Source: Octopus sinensis
Lineage: Eukaryota
Assembly (NCBI RefSeq): GCF_006345805.1
Contig: NC_043002.1
Span: forward strand, 84,940,001 to 85,004,000
Direction: 5' to 3'
Length of the DNA stretch: 64,000 bases
Shown here one piece after another: positions 27,237-41,480 of the stretch. A model generated the notes under the pieces. It made no database searches, had not been told where the DNA came from, and saw only the letters and a program-made list of their open reading frames with translations. Each line of letters opens with the position of its first letter. The first letter of the stretch is position 1. A program made the translations under genes and the position numbers.

Positions 27237-28691
27237 TAACATTACTGTTATTTGGGTTGATCATAGTGTCCTCAAAAACAACCCACACGCAGGTTGCATT
27301 TTACTCCAGATTTATTATTAGTTATATAGATAATTAGTTTTCTGTTTTTTTTGTTTTTGTTTTTAGTATTTTGGCCGGTCTAAGAAGAGAAGCACAAGGG
27401 ACATATGATAGTACGAAGCAGGTGTACGAAAGAGATATCGCAATTAATAAGATTACTATCCGTAATGAAAGTTTTTAAGTACCAATTAACCAGGGGCTAA
27501 GTCCATCACATTACACCGACCCCAGTTCTTTACCTTTGTTTCATCGACCCCTTAAGGATGAAAGGCTAAATCAAATTTGAGCTAAGAACGTAAAAAGCCG
27601 GAAGAAATGCCGCTAAGCATTTTGCCCGACGCGCTACTAGTCTCATAGTTAATAATGATAATAAAAGCAAAGCTTTCTAATGTTTACACAAGGCCAGCAA
27701 TCTCGAAGGAATTAGGGTCAGTCGATTACATCGACTCAGGTGCTCAATTGCACCTTCTTTTATCAACCCCGAAAGGATGAAAGTCAAAGTTGACCTCGTC
27801 GGAATTTGAACTCAGAATATAAATAACCGCAATAAATGTCTCGAAGCATTTTGTATGACGCACTAACAATTCTATCAGCTAATAGTGGTTATAAAAACAT
27901 ATATAAAGAGAAACCCAAGTATTTGTTTAGACATCTCTTTACAAAAAAGTAAGCTCCAAAATAGCACCCCACCCATTTCGTTGCGAAGCTGGAGGTTTTG
28001 TTCTTCCTTGTTTCTGGACTATTTGGTTTTTCAAGTGTGTCTTAGCTCTGTTGTGTAGGCTGCTATTGACTTTAAATTTCAGCTCGGGCATTGCTGACAG
28101 CCATTGTCTTTAGCATCTAGGATGAGATAATTTGTCAGTGACGGTCATGCTAATCTACGAATAGGCAGCCACCATGTGTGTATGTATATGTGTCCGTATA
28201 TGTATGTGTGTTTTTTCTGGGTACCTAGTAGAGGACTCATTTCCTGAATCGTTTTGTGGTCTTTAAGAGTCAAGAAAACTCGAGTCCATAGAACCATATA
28301 ACACTGAATCTATATCAGTGCTGATCACTTGCCTATATTTTGCTTCGATTGTGACGATGAACCAGGAGTCAAACTCATAGCCCACGTCTTTTACTGTGAC
28401 CCTTGTGTTTCTTCGCCTCAAATACAGGGGGATTAGTTTATCAAATTGCGTGTATCGCACTAAGCGAATTTGCCTCTTCATCCCGTCCTCAGTTGAAAAG
28501 CAACACAGTGTCATGCACTCTCATGCCTCCTTTCTTACGCCACTATAGCGATGATGAACCTTATTGTTTTTGATGAGATGTAGGTGGGTGGGATTACAAA
28601 GAAGATTCGTGTGAGTTTAGCAATACGCTTGTAGATCTCTCTTGCGTACGCGTAGTATTTTCAAATAGAAAACACCTAATATCCTTTTCCA

Positions 28692-29156
28692 CTCTAGGCA
28701 CAAGGCCCAAAATTTGGTGGAAGATAGCCTGTAAATCAGATTGACTCCAGTAAACAACTGGTACTTAATTTTTCGACCCGAAAGCATAAAAGGCAAAGTC
28801 GACCTCGGCGGAATTTGAACTCAGAACGTAACGGCAGACGAAATACCTATTTGTTTACTACCCACAAGGGGCTAAACACAGAGAGGACAAACAAGGACAG
28901 ACAAACGGATTAAGTCGATTATATCCACCCCAGTGTGCAACCAGTACTTATTTAATCGACCCCGAAAGGATGAAAGGCAAAGTCGACCTCGGCGGAATTT
29001 GAACTCAGAACGTAACAGCAGACGAAATACGGCTAAGCATTTCGCCCGGTGTGCTAACGTTTCTGCCAGCTTGCCGCCTTCGAAAGGATGAAAAGCAAAA
29101 TCGACCTCGGCGGAATTTGAACTGAGAACGTAGCGGCAGACGAAATACCGCTAAGC
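28692..29156 (-). mobile_element. Multimeric SINE group B cluster
   Basis: Three repeats of tcgacctcggcggaatttgaact.agaacgta. Confidence 0.88.
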
Positions 29157-29619
29157 TGAGGGTCTTCCATCATTATTTTCTGAAACAAAGATTATACATA
29201 CATACATACATACATACATACATACATACATACATACATACATACAAAAATACCCGGTTCTTTCTTTTTCTATTGGCAAGAAATCTTGAAATAAACTGAA
29301 AAATGACATACATACATATCTCCGCGCACGTGTGGTATGTACGCTTAAAATGAGAGAGCCTGGAAGAAAAAGTCGGATCTCATCTGCAGCAGCTCGACGC
29401 AAAGTTGCAAAGTTTCAAATGTGGGAGCCTTTGGGGGTTAATCACCTGAAAAACCCTTACATCGTTCTAGAGTAAATATAATTTGTATGATTAAGATAAA
29501 ATAAATCTATTCCATTGTCTGATGCATTTTTATTGTCAAAGTTTAAAGAAAACCATATTAAAACAATATACACTGAATCTATTCTCTCCAACGCCGTCAT
29601 GAGAGCTACATCATTTGCA

Positions 29620-30002
29620 CAGTATGCCACAAGCATTGCCTAAACAACCTTAATATCAGATTCAGCATTCATCTAAGGTTGGGGCCACAATTCAGGTTCA
29701 CAACACAAATTCACTGCAACACAATGCCTTTTCCTCGACAGGCTTTGTATTATAAATTTTCTCAAAACATATCAAAGAAGAAAAAGAGCCCGTTACCTTC
29801 AAACGAAACCTGGACAAGTTCCTTCAAGGGATACAAGTTGAGCCACCTATATCTGGATAGATCTCAGTCAGCAACAACTCTTTACTTGAATGAGTCATGA
29901 TACCCCAAAACTTGACTTTAAAATGACTTAATAGATCCTATCAGGTTGTGCTATTAAGTTAGACATGTCCTGGGCCAATTTTTGTCCGAGACATATCTAA
30001 GT
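29620..30002 (+). mobile_element. Decayed CR1/Jockey-group LINE 3' end
   Basis: Translation KHIKEEKEPVTFKRNLDKFLQGI...SNNSLLE resembles CR1-type ORF2 termini. Confidence 0.6.
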
Positions 30003-30008
30003 CTCTAT

Positions 30009-30424
30009 AGGCGCACGACTGGCTGTGTGATAAGTAGCTTGCTTACCAACCACATAGTTCTGGGTTCAGTCCCACTGCATGGCACCTTGACCAAGTGTCT
30101 TCTACTATAAACTCAGGCCGACGAAAGCCTTGTGAAAGGATTTGGTAGACGGAAACTGAAAAAAGCCCGTCGTATATTTGTGTGTGTGTTTGCGTGTGTG
30201 TGTATGTATGTGTATGTGTTTGTGTGTCTGTATTTCTCCTCGCAATCATGGCTTGACAACCGATGTTGGTGTGTTTACGTCCCCATAAATTAGAGGTTCG
30301 GCAAAAGTGACCAATAGAATAAGTACTAGGCTTACAAAGAATAAGTGCTGGAGTCGATTTGTTCCATTAAAGGCGGTGCTCCAGCATGGCCGCAGTCAAA
30401 TGACTGAAACAAATGAAAGAATAA
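30009..30424 (+). mobile_element. SINE group A, full length
   Basis: Matches 35509-35922. Confidence 0.9.
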
Positions 30425-30429
30425 GGTTA

Positions 30430-31131
30430 TCTAGGTTATAAATACTGTGATACAAAATTAACTGAAGCTATGCTAGTCACAGAAATATGTAAGATATTAC
30501 TGTTGTGTGGACGCCCCCAGACGATGAAGTAGGCTAGCCCAATACGTAGATATAAAGGGAGAAGTCTAGACGTCAAGGGTTGGGTAGAGGTCATCCGAAC
30601 GTGCGATATAACAATTACACATATTATTTATGTATGTAATAGCTAAGAAATTGTTGCTGTTTTTTAAATCTAGCTTCCAAGTACTTCCAAAACAAAATTA
30701 GGCAATGCAACGCTGCACTACAGATGACATCACTTGGAGCCACAAGAGATTCAACTGAGCTAAAATTCATGCAAACTTGCAAGATCTAAGGTCAGATTTA
30801 TCATCGGGTTGGCTCCCTACTACCTCTGTCAAATGAATCATCAAAATCGGCCTTTCATTGGTTATAATCTGTACCAGTTTTTGGTTACGAAACGAGCTAT
30901 ATAGAACGTGTTTTTGAATTACGTGTATTTTCTTTATATACATACATGAGTTGAAAACTTTCTTTTAACATTTCACTTAACGTCTATGTTCCATGCTGGC
31001 ATGTGTTGGAGAGTTATTAATGTAGAAAGTTGGCATCTCAGCTACTAGCAGTTGAGACATGTGTAATTTAAACAGCGTTTTAAAATTTCATCATACTCTT
31101 TAAACCGGGCAGCGCCGGGTATATCTGCTAG
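30430..31131 (+). mobile_element. Helitron-like non-autonomous element (5' edge uncertain)
   Basis: 3' terminus ccgggcagcgccgggtatatctgCTAG|t, a GC hairpin followed by CTAG. Confidence 0.55.
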
Positions 31132-31493
31132 TAATATAATATTATATTATATCATATATTGTATTATATTATAATTAATAAAATCTTTTCCTTACGATGT
31201 AACCGCTTCGCGTACATATAACAGTTAGGTTGAGAATATATTTATTAAACACACAATTAAGTATACCTTACATTTTGAATGAATCCCAAAGGCTGTAAAC
31301 TACGAATTATTAAATATAACATGACATTCTTTAGTGTACATAATTATTTCTCCTACGGAGACAAATTATAATTAACGTCAAATAGAAAGAACGAGAAATA
31401 GAAAAATATCTTTTTACCTTGTAGGGTTTTTATTGATCATGTAGAACCCGATACATATTTCAGTTTCGGCCTTATTAATCGAGAACTTATCGA

Positions 31494-31665
<172 letters not shown>

Positions 31666-31752
31666 ATATATATATATATATAATGTATATATATATATAT
31701 ACATATATATCTATAAATACACGCACACACACATATATACATATATATATAA

Positions 31753-33474
31753 CTAGCATTATGACCCGTCGTTGCCAGGTCATAGTGCTAATGCATGTAT
31801 ATATGTGTATATATATGTGTACATATTACATGTACATCTATATATATACATCTACACATAAAATACAAAATACAAAGTCATATCTTGATATCGCTAGTGA
31901 TAACAATACTCAAAATATATAACAGACTGGAATTGTAGGCCCGTCTCTTGCAATTTCGATCAATTGTATCTTGTCCTCCCTCTTGTATAGAAGTGTGGCT
32001 ACAATCCAGCCTACCTCTACTTCTGGGGGGGCATCTTAAATTTTTATGCGGGACGTTCTACGTCCCAGATATAAAGGTAAAATTAAAATATTTCCACTTT
32101 GCAAGGTTCGAGTTGAGTACTCCCTTGCACGCTCCGTTGACTAGAACCTTGCTTCTATTGTGGCAAATTTACCGCCTCTGGTTAGATACTTGATATCTTT
32201 CATAGTCGCACCAAGACACTTTTCGATGGTGCTTTCCTCCAGGTGTTCAAATCTTTTGTTTTCTCTACATTGTATACTTTATAGACAATAGTCTTTAATT
32301 TAATTTATTATTTTTTTGGTGGTGTTATCCTAGATTCACCGTCTTTGTCGGTGATCAATCAGAAATAGGTTTGTATTTCTTCCATTTTAATTTTAATGAG
32401 TTAGCGCCCGCCGACGGCTGTAGCGAAATTCATTTTTGGACTTTCTTTTATCGAAGGCATTTTAACAAAAGTGCTTCCGTATAAACGGTGAAAATATTGT
32501 CAAAATTGAATTGTGTCCCCAAACAGGGACACGGTTTATAATTATTTAACAAATGCAACACAACAACGTTTCCCTTTCGAGGAACGAACAAACGTGATAA
32601 CAATAGTTAAACAGTAATAATAGTAACAACAAACCTTACGGTGAATCAAAAAGCAGTACGCAGTTGAAGCTATAGTCCTTTATGTATAAGAAATAAACCA
32701 ACAGCAATACTCAGTAGAAGCGGCTGTTCGAGAAAACAGACATTACATACAGCCAACATTCATATAGATACTTAATGCTAGCTAATTAGCAGATAATCTA
32801 ATGTAAAAGCTGTGGTAAAAGGTATGTGCACAGCTCCATCTGGACAATTCCATTTCTGCACACTAATTTTATTTTTAATTTATTCCCATTCATGTGAAAC
32901 CACTGATTCAAGTTCAAGTCATTGATGCAATTTTATACCAATTGCTATTTTTACTTTTGTTATGTTACGATTTAATTATTATATTATACTTTAGTTTGAT
33001 TTTAATTATTACTTACTACATATAATTCAATTGTAATTATTATCTCTAATTTTTATTGTTAAAGTGAAAGTATCTGACATAAAATAGAGAAATGTTTTTG
33101 TTTCACTTTTAACACGTAATACTGAAATAGTGGAGAAGATATGATATTGCTATGGGCTCGCTCTAGGCAAGATGTTGTACATTTTTTTTGCCCATGACAC
33201 TCCATGGACCCTAAGTAAGGCATGTGTAAAATTTGAATGAAATTAGTTTTGTAGTTCTCAAGTTTTAGGGAATCATAGTGGAGAAGATATGATATTGCTG
33301 TGGGCTTGCCCTAGGCAAAAACTTAAAAATTCGTTTTTGCCGGTGACACTTCCCGGACCCTAAGTAAGGCATGTGTAAAATTTGAATAAAATTGGTTGTG
33401 TAGTTCTCAAGTTTTAGGGAAACACACAGACAGACAGACAGACACATATTCTCAGTTTTATATAGAGAGAGAGA
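31753..33474 (-). mobile_element. Non-autonomous Helitron with internal tandem repeat and helicase C-terminal remnant
   Basis: 5' TC..tatataaaactgagaat followed by (GTCT)n; 3' hairpin gacctggcaacgacgggtc then CTAG; remnant LITDKDGE...KTIVYK near 32270-32360; ~145-bp duplication at 33125-33420. Confidence 0.75.
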
Positions 33475-33857
33475 TGATGGTACTGAAAAAGTACCAGCTT
33501 CGCTTGGCCACAATTCCTAGGCCACAAAGAGCTCACTTAAAAACAAGCATGCTGAAAAGCGAGCGGTGAATACAAATTATCGTTCTTACCTCTGCGACGT
33601 CCGCAAAGGGGATGACAGATAACTTAGTATCGACTTTGGGATTTATGCCAAGGGGCACTTGTCCTTCCTCAGTCAAGTCTATTACAAAAGAAGCTAAATT
33701 TAATGATACTCGTCTCACCATGCTTACTTGTTCATGTAAAGGCCTAACGCGCATTCCGAAAATGAACTAAGTGAATAATTTATAAATATACAAGGATATT
33801 ACTAGCAGATAGTAATATTAGTAGCAATTCAAGCATGAACCGTGCAGACAAGATTAA

Positions 33858-33903
<46 letters not shown>

Positions 33904-34046
33904 TATAATATATATATATATATACATTATTATTATTATTATTACTATTATTATTATTATCATTATTATTACTATTATTATTATTATCAATATTATTATT
34001 ACTATTATTATCATCACTGTCATTATCATCATCATCATCATCATCA

Positions 34047-34084
<38 letters not shown>

Positions 34085-34124
34085 GTTATTATTATTATTA
34101 TTATCATCATCACTATTATTATTA

Positions 34125-34158
<34 letters not shown>

Positions 34159-34375
34159 CTCTTTTACTCTTTTACATTGCCACTAACATATTACTATTTG
34201 TTAGTAATATCTTTATATCTTTATGAATTATTCACTTATTTTATTTTCGGAATGCTCCTAGGGCCTTCACATGACCATGCAAGCATGGTGAGGTAAGCAC
34301 ATTTAAATTTAGCCTCTTTTGCAGAAGACATGGATGAGGAAGGACAAATGCTCCTTGGCACAAATCCCCAAATCG

Positions 34376-34520
34376 ATCGCCACCACCACCCTGCCGCAGC
34401 CTCGTGGAGCTTTTGGGTGCTTTCGCTCAATAAACACTCACAACGCCCGGTCTGGGAATCGAAACCGCGATCCTACGACCGCGAATCCGCTGCCCTAACC
34501 ACTGGGCCATTGCGCCTCCA
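34376..34520 (-). mobile_element. SINE group D head
   Basis: gggaatcgaaaccgcgatcctacgaccgcga...ccactgggccattgcgcc. Confidence 0.85.
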
Positions 34521-35450
34521 TATATATATATATATTCAACGTTTTGGATTCCATCCTTCGTCAGTGGACAGAGAAAGAGAGAAGAAAGTCAAACAGAGTT
34601 TACATTCTCTCAGCTTGAAAAACTTGCTGCAACTGATAATGGACGTAGAATAACACGGGATGCTAACGTGAAACAGAAGTTATAGGAGAGAGCATGCAGA
34701 AAGGAGAAGGATTAGGGTGATGGAGAGAGTAGAGGTAAGTATATACGGAAATGTTGCTGGGAGAGGGTGGAAGGAGGATTAAAAAGGATAAAAAGAAGAG
34801 GAGGTGAAAGGATTAAAGGGGACATAGTTCCAAGATCAACTATGAAACGTTCTTCCTTTCGAGTCTTAGAAAGCGTGGTCCATGGTGCAAGGTCATGCCA
34901 CACACTGGCAAATCTGCAATTGAATGTGAAGTGGGTGGCTACGTAGAATTATGCTTCTGATGTGTTCGCGAAACCGATCCCCAAAGCGTCGCCCTATTTC
35001 TCCAATGTAAAGAGCACCGCAGATTTTGCATATGATGATTCGCCGAAGTGCAACAGAAGTCGTATGTTATGTGATATTGCTTCTTGGGCCCCTAGATGGT
35101 GGTAATGTTGTTGATGTAGGGGCATGTGTTACATCGTCGGCGAGAACATTTAAATGTTCCTGGATGTGCGGAGCTGGGAGCTGTGAAGCTTCTTACAAGA
35201 TTTCTAAGACAACTATCTTTTTGAAAAGACATGTTCACGCACTTCCACTGACCATATTCCACTCTCTCTCACCTCTCACCTGTCTGTCCTCCTAAAGCAC
35301 AAACTCACCAACAACTTTCGCATTCTTCTTTCTGACCCAACATCCACCCTTATCTTACACTGCCCTTTTTTGTCTTTTAAGTGCGCTCTTTGTGGCTTAT
35401 GAGTTGACCCCTATTTCTAGTGAAGCTGCTACTTTTGTCAGTACCATAAC

Positions 35451-35508
<58 letters not shown>

Positions 35509-35511
<3 letters not shown>

Positions 35512-35921
35512 CGCAGGAGTGGCTGTGTGGTAAGTAGCTTGCTTACTAACCACATGGTTCCGGATTCAGTCCCACTGCGTGGCACATTGGGCAAGTGTCT
35601 TCTACTATAGCCTCGGGCCGACCAAAGCCTTGTGAGTGGATTTGGTGGACAGAAACTGAAAAGTAGCCAGTCGTATATATGCATATATATGTGTGTGTGT
35701 GTATGTCTGTGTTTGTGTGTCGGTGTTTGTCCCCCCAACATCGCTTGACAACCGATGCTGGTGTGTTTACGTCCCCGTAACTTAGCGGTTCGGCAAAAGA
35801 GACCGATAGAATAAGTACTAGGCTTACAAAGAATAAGTCCTGGGGTCGATTTGCTCGACTAAAGACGGTGCTCCAGCATCGCCGCAGTCAAATGACTTGT
35901 ACAAGTAAAAGAGTAAAAGAG

Positions 35922-35922
<1 letters not shown>
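35509..35922 (+). mobile_element. SINE group A, full length, low divergence
   Basis: tRNA-like head, internal (TA)(TG) microsatellite and (gtaaaaga)n tail. Confidence 0.93.
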
Positions 35923-35959
<37 letters not shown>

Positions 35960-37089
35960 TATATAATTTCTTATCTTCGTTTCCAATCCGTACATATGAA
36001 TAACCGTTACATCATTGCCCTTATGACTATCTTAAAGGCTTACATGATATGTAACAGGTTTTCGCTGTTTTCAGTGTTCTCATATACATAATATGAATAG
36101 TTATATTGGTATCAAAACATGTTCGATACTTTTAGATAATGTGCAGCTAGAGTTGGGTACCTATTTTACTTCATATCTATTTTATTTTGTACTCCCTAAT
36201 TAAATAATTCAGAGAATAGCTAGAGTTGATTTCCAACATAGGGAACAAAGCTTCATATTTTGGGGATGCGGGATAGTAAAATCGACCAAAATTACCATAA
36301 AGATGAGATGACGATAGATGAAAGACAGTATTAACCTAGTCTGATATGCAAATTAGACACACCGGTTTAACTGACTTTTAGTTTGTACACACTGGACAGA
36401 AGAAGGATCTCTAATGATATTCTAACAAAACAAGAAACTAGACAGGCGAATTCACTTGTATCCATTTGTTTACCTTTCGCGGCAAGACCAAATTTGTATG
36501 TTTGTTAAAACAGATATTCCTTAGATTTCAAATTATCCCCAAACATTGTGTAGTACACAATGAATTAATTAACGTAACACAACATCATTTATTGTACGTA
36601 TTGTATTTATTTCCTGCGATGATAAATTTTCCGTGTAAGATGGTTGCCCAGCAGTTTGTCCAAATAGAACGTGATTCAAGTGTAATCAACGAGTTATGTT
36701 TTACTTCATAATGTTTGTGTAAGTTGAGATAAAGTTTGACAAATATTTCAGCGAAGCAGTCAGAAACGACGTCAAAACAAGTTGCAATTAGTAGAAATCT
36801 ATGGTTTGTCTTTGATGCTTTAGTATCTTGTCGTGAAGTATATATATATCAATTTCACGAGGAAAACTATACTAAGTTTTGATGACAGGTTGGCGAATGC
36901 ACCAAAATACGTTGATAGCTGTCTAGGTAGTTAATTATAAATGTACAAGCAAACACAGAGCCAAATATTTCTAGATACAATAGATATGTTATCTTGAGCA
37001 AATATAATTACAAAGAAATAGAATAAACAAAATATTTTTGAAGAATAAATAAGATTAAATATCTAAACAGAAAGAGTAAATACAGCAAG

Positions 37090-37610
37090 AGACGGAAAGA
37101 CAAATATATGAAGTGAAGGGGCAAAGAGAAGGAGGGGAGAGAGAGTTTGAACGAGGAGAAAGAAAGAAGGAAAGAAAGAAAGAACGAGAAACAGAAAACG
37201 AAAGAATGAATGAATGAAAGAAAGAAATAGAAAGAAAGAAAAGAAAAGAGAAGAGGGGGAGAGAAAGTTTGAACGAGGATAAAAGAATGAAAAAACAAAG
37301 AAAGAGAATGAAAGAAGTGAAGAAAGGAAGGAAGGAAGAAAGAAAGAAAGAACGAAAGAAAGAGAAAGAGGAAATGAAAGAAAGACAGAGAAAGAGAGAA
37401 TGAAAGAAAGACGGAAAAAAGAAACAAAGGAAGGAAAGAAGGAAGAAAGAAAGATAGAAAAAGAAAGAGAGCGAACGAAAAAGAGAAAGAAAGCGATAGA
37501 AAAGGAAAGAAAGAGTGAGTGAAAGTGAAAGAAAGAGAAAAGAAAGAGGAGAGCGAGAGAGAAAGAAAAAAGGAACGAAAGAAAGAAAGAAAATATACAA
37601 ATTGGAAAGA
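37090..37610 (+). repeat. ~500-bp polypurine (GAAA/GA) tract
   Basis: Directly visible; source of the F/L/S-rich antisense ORFs. Confidence 0.9.
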
Positions 37611-37695
37611 ATGTCTGAGAGATTGGATTTTACACGCTGTTTCTTTGACGAGTCAGCTTGGCGGGAAGTGTGATGGAGTATGTCACAGAGAACCG

Positions 37696-37784
37696 CACTT
37701 CCGCCTGAAAATGGTACCCACTGCATCTAAGCTTGCGGATACATTTGGTTGATGACTTTAGCGCTGTGTGAAACGCAGTTTGAT
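37696..37784 (+). promoter_or_regulatory. Candidate promoter module 2
   Basis: CACTTCCGCC (37696), TGACTTT (37753) and AACGCAGTTTGAT (37772), in the same order as module 1. Confidence 0.4.
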
Positions 37785-39305
37785 GTCCATTTTAATACCC
37801 TGAAGATGAAAAAAGGGCGTGGATCATTTCATTATCAGCTCGCATATAAGAATATACATTAAATAAATAAAAATATTTCTGAGAAAAATGTGAAAAAAAA
37901 AAAAGAAAGAAAATATACGAAATAAAAATCGCATTTAATTTCATTTTCTGTAGTTCTTTGATAGAGCAATACGAAGAATGTACGAGGTGTCTATATTACC
38001 ATTGTCTCTCTTTCTCTCATTCTCTCTTCCACAATTTCTCTATTATTTATTTCTCTCTCTTTCTCTCTCTCTTCGAATTTTCTCCCTCACTCTGTTCTCT
38101 GTTCACCTCCCCCATTCTCACTCGCTCTTTGAAACCTCTCTTTTCCTCTTCCACAACTTTTACTTTCACTTTCCAATATAGTTATGTTGGATGTGAAATT
38201 GAAAACATTCCTCATTGATATGATTATATTATATAATCTCTAGGTGTATTTCTATCACTTCATGCTTGTGGGTGCGTGGACATTCGCATATGTGCAGGTG
38301 AACATCAGTGTGTACGTGGGAGCAACTACGTCAGTATTTCTTACTCGTATATGATTATACATGCTCATAATCTTCATATGTACGAAAAGATATGGATACA
38401 TTTACGTTCATAAACACACTCACACACACACACACGCACACACACAGAGACAAACGTGCACGAATAAAGATATATACACACGTTCACACGCATACATATT
38501 GTACGTCTATTGAGAATGTGTACAAACTACTATACTACAGACACCTTTGCAAATATATATGTGCGTGGAATCTTGTTTATATTTCTGTGTCAATGTGTGT
38601 GCTTGTGAATTTGAGTGTATGTGCATGTTTGTGCGTGTGCCCGCTAGTAGATATGTGCATGCTTCCATATCGGTTCATGCCGGTGTATATATAAATGTGT
38701 ATATATATATGTATATGTGTGTTTGTGTATGTATATATATGTTTGTATGTATGTGTATATACATGTATATATGTAAGCATGTATATATATATATGCATGC
38801 ATGTGTATTTGTGCTCGTGTGCTTACATGTGTTAATGCTATCTCGACGCGTGGTTTTAAGAGAACGTTTCGCGCCGCATAATTCTTCTCTTATAGCCTGA
38901 GGCATGGCACTTTACACTACTTGCCCTCGCTTTATATTATCATGGCATCAAGGCAGAACCCCGGTAGTAAGGCCTTGAACTGACTGGGTAGTCGGAAAAT
39001 AGATTCAATATTTGATGAACTCCAATAACTTAGATACCCGGTGAGATTAAATAATAAGAGAAAAACTATGATAACTTGGAACTGGAAGGTGGGCAAATGG
39101 TGGACCCAGTTAAACAGAGGGTACAAACATACAGCACGCATGCGCGCACACAGATTCACTCATACATAGATGCGCCCACACATACAAAAACCTATACATG
39201 CGCACACATCAACACACACACGTACACACATATGTATATATCTTGGTGTATGGGCAAAGCACGGTACTACTTAAAATGTTAACTTGGAAAAATGACACAA
39301 TTACA

Positions 39306-39347
<42 letters not shown>

Positions 39348-39649
39348 AATAATAATAAGGGTAAAATTAATTAATTAGTAATTAATAATTTTACCAACCA
39401 GTGTTCAGTATGTAAAAAGACCATTTACGGTATATTTAAAACATTACTTTATGTAATTAGGGTTCAGTAAAAAAAATTTACTTTACCACACACCGAACTT
39501 TTAGAAATAGCAGCCAAAGAATTTAGCTATTTCCGTGCGTGAGTGTATAAATGTATGTATGTATGTATGTATGTATGTATGTATGTATGTATGTATGTAT
39601 GTATGTATACATATATATATACATATTTGTGTATATATGTGTATATGCT

Positions 39650-39835
39650 TGACCGCTAAATCCACGAGTTTTTTTTATTCTCTCTGTTTATTTTCTCTTA
39701 TTCCTTCTGTTGAAGAGCGTAGGCTCGAAACGTAAAAAACTTTTTCACTTTCCCGAGCGTCAAACTAATACGCCTGCTTTTTGTTCATACACCTGTCTTC
39801 GTCATTTGTTTTTCTTTAAATTTCAACCATATATT
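39650..39835 (+). mobile_element. Short Penelope-like repeat with degenerate hammerhead motif
   Basis: ctgttga-a-gagc-gtag-gctc-gaaac-gta-aaaa at 39707-39737. Confidence 0.6.
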
Positions 39836-40152
39836 ATCAAAAAGTCATCGTTATATCCAACTAAACATGGATGCTTTGCTAGAACACTGAAAGCTACGCT
39901 ATAAGCCTTGAGAGATCCTGTCATATAGGCGCTGGATGCGTACAGTTGCTTTTATGCACCAAGTGCCTAAATGGACGGTTCTCTCGAGATAAATAACGCA
40001 GCATTCAGTACTCTAACAAGACGTTCATGTTAAATTGGATATAGATATTATATTTTAGTATTAATACTGCTTCTGTCGCTAATAAGTAAGGCACACAAAC
40101 ACATACAATATATATAATATATATATATATATATATAATATATATATATATA

Positions 40153-40203
<51 letters not shown>

Positions 40204-40213
40204 GAGAGAGAGA

Positions 40214-40518
40214 GAGGCGCAATGGCCCAGTGGTTAGGGCAGCGTACTCGCGGTTGTAGGATCGCGGTTTCGATTCCCAGACCGGGAGTTGTGAGTGTTT
40301 ATTGAGCGAAAACACCTAAAGCTCCACGATGTTCCGGCAGGTGGTTGTGGCGATCTCTGCTGTACTCTTTCGCCACAACTTTCTCTCTCTTTCTTCTGTT
40401 GGCCTGCTCGCTTAGCCAGCGGGGTGGCGTCATTTGAAGGCTAAAACAATGCGAAGCGCATTGTGACCAGCGATGTGTAGCACATCTGATAGTCTGGTCG
40501 ATCACGTAATCACGTGAT
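40214..40518 (+). mobile_element. SINE group D, full length
   Basis: A-box TGGCCCAGTGG and B-box-like GTTTCGATTCC; tail atcacgtaatcacgtga. Confidence 0.9.
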
Positions 40519-40534
40519 ATATATATATATATCG

Positions 40535-40964
40535 TTTTATTCTTTTATTCTTTTATTTGTTTCAGTCATTTGACTGGGGCCTTGCCGGAGCACTGCCTTT
40601 TAGTCGAAGAAATCAACCCCTAGACTTATTCTATGTAAGCTTGGTACTTATTCTATCGGTCTCTTTTACTGAACCACTAAATTACGAGGACGTAAACACA
40701 CCAACATCGGTTGTGAAGCGATAGTAGGAGGGGGGACAAACATAGACACACACACACACATATATATACACATGTATATATATACATATATACATATATA
40801 TGACGGGCTTCTTTCAGTTTCCGTCCACCAAATCCTCTCACGAGGCTTTGGTTGCGCAAGGTGCCACTTGCCCAAGGTATCACTTGCCTTAGGTGCTACG
40901 CAGTGGAACTGAACCGGAAACCATGTGGTTGGTAAGCAAGCTTCTTACCACACACCCACTCCTG
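40535..40964 (-). mobile_element. SINE group A
   Basis: Reverse complement of the group A consensus. Confidence 0.88.
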
Positions 40965-40983
40965 TATAATAACAACAACAACT

Positions 40984-41025
<42 letters not shown>

Positions 41026-41039
41026 TCCATTGAGAGTTC

Positions 41040-41480
41040 TGTGAAAATCACGGCCTACAAAGAACAAAGTCGTCGTATGAGAAAACTGCAGGAGTCACTG
41101 AAAATGAGAATTACAAAATCCTGTGGGATGCAATGATCCAGTGTGATCACCTGACCAGACATCGGAAACTGGACATAGTTGTGGTGAATAAGAAACGAAA
41201 GTACATGTACGATAATCGACATAGCATGCCCCGGTGACAACAGGATCAATGTGAAAGAAGAAGGAAAATAAGCAACTATGACGATTTGAAGTGGAAAATA
41301 CGAAGGTTCTGGTCAATGAGGAGAGTAGACGTGATACCAATAGTAATTGGTGCACTTGGAAATATCAGCACTCAGCTACCAACATGGCTAAAAAATATCG
41401 GTGCAAGGTAGCACACCAACAAAAATCAGCATTTCTTGGAATGCAAGAATTCCTCGCAGGGTACTTTTTAGCGTGTCAGT
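41040..41480 (+). mobile_element. R4/Dong-type non-LTR retrotransposon fragment (restriction-like endonuclease domain), copy 1
   Basis: Frameshifted ENENYKILWDAMIQCDHLTRHRKLDIVVVNK..IIDIACPGDNRI..KISNYDDLK..VDVIPIVIGALG..QKSAFLG, adjacent to (AAT)n. Confidence 0.85.

Noticed and set aside
28263-28514. 83-aa complex ORF MTLCCFSTEDG...
   Set aside because: No recognisable motif or clear splice sites; it may be an old retroelement remnant and cannot be supported as a gene.
26625-29156. Regularly recurring ~40-bp motifs resembling a CRISPR array
   Set aside because: The intervening sequence is also repeated SINE body, the context is eukaryotic, and there are no cas genes.
37008-37752. Long F/L/S-rich membrane-like ORFs and a K/E/R-rich ORF
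   Set aside because: They derive from the polypurine tract.
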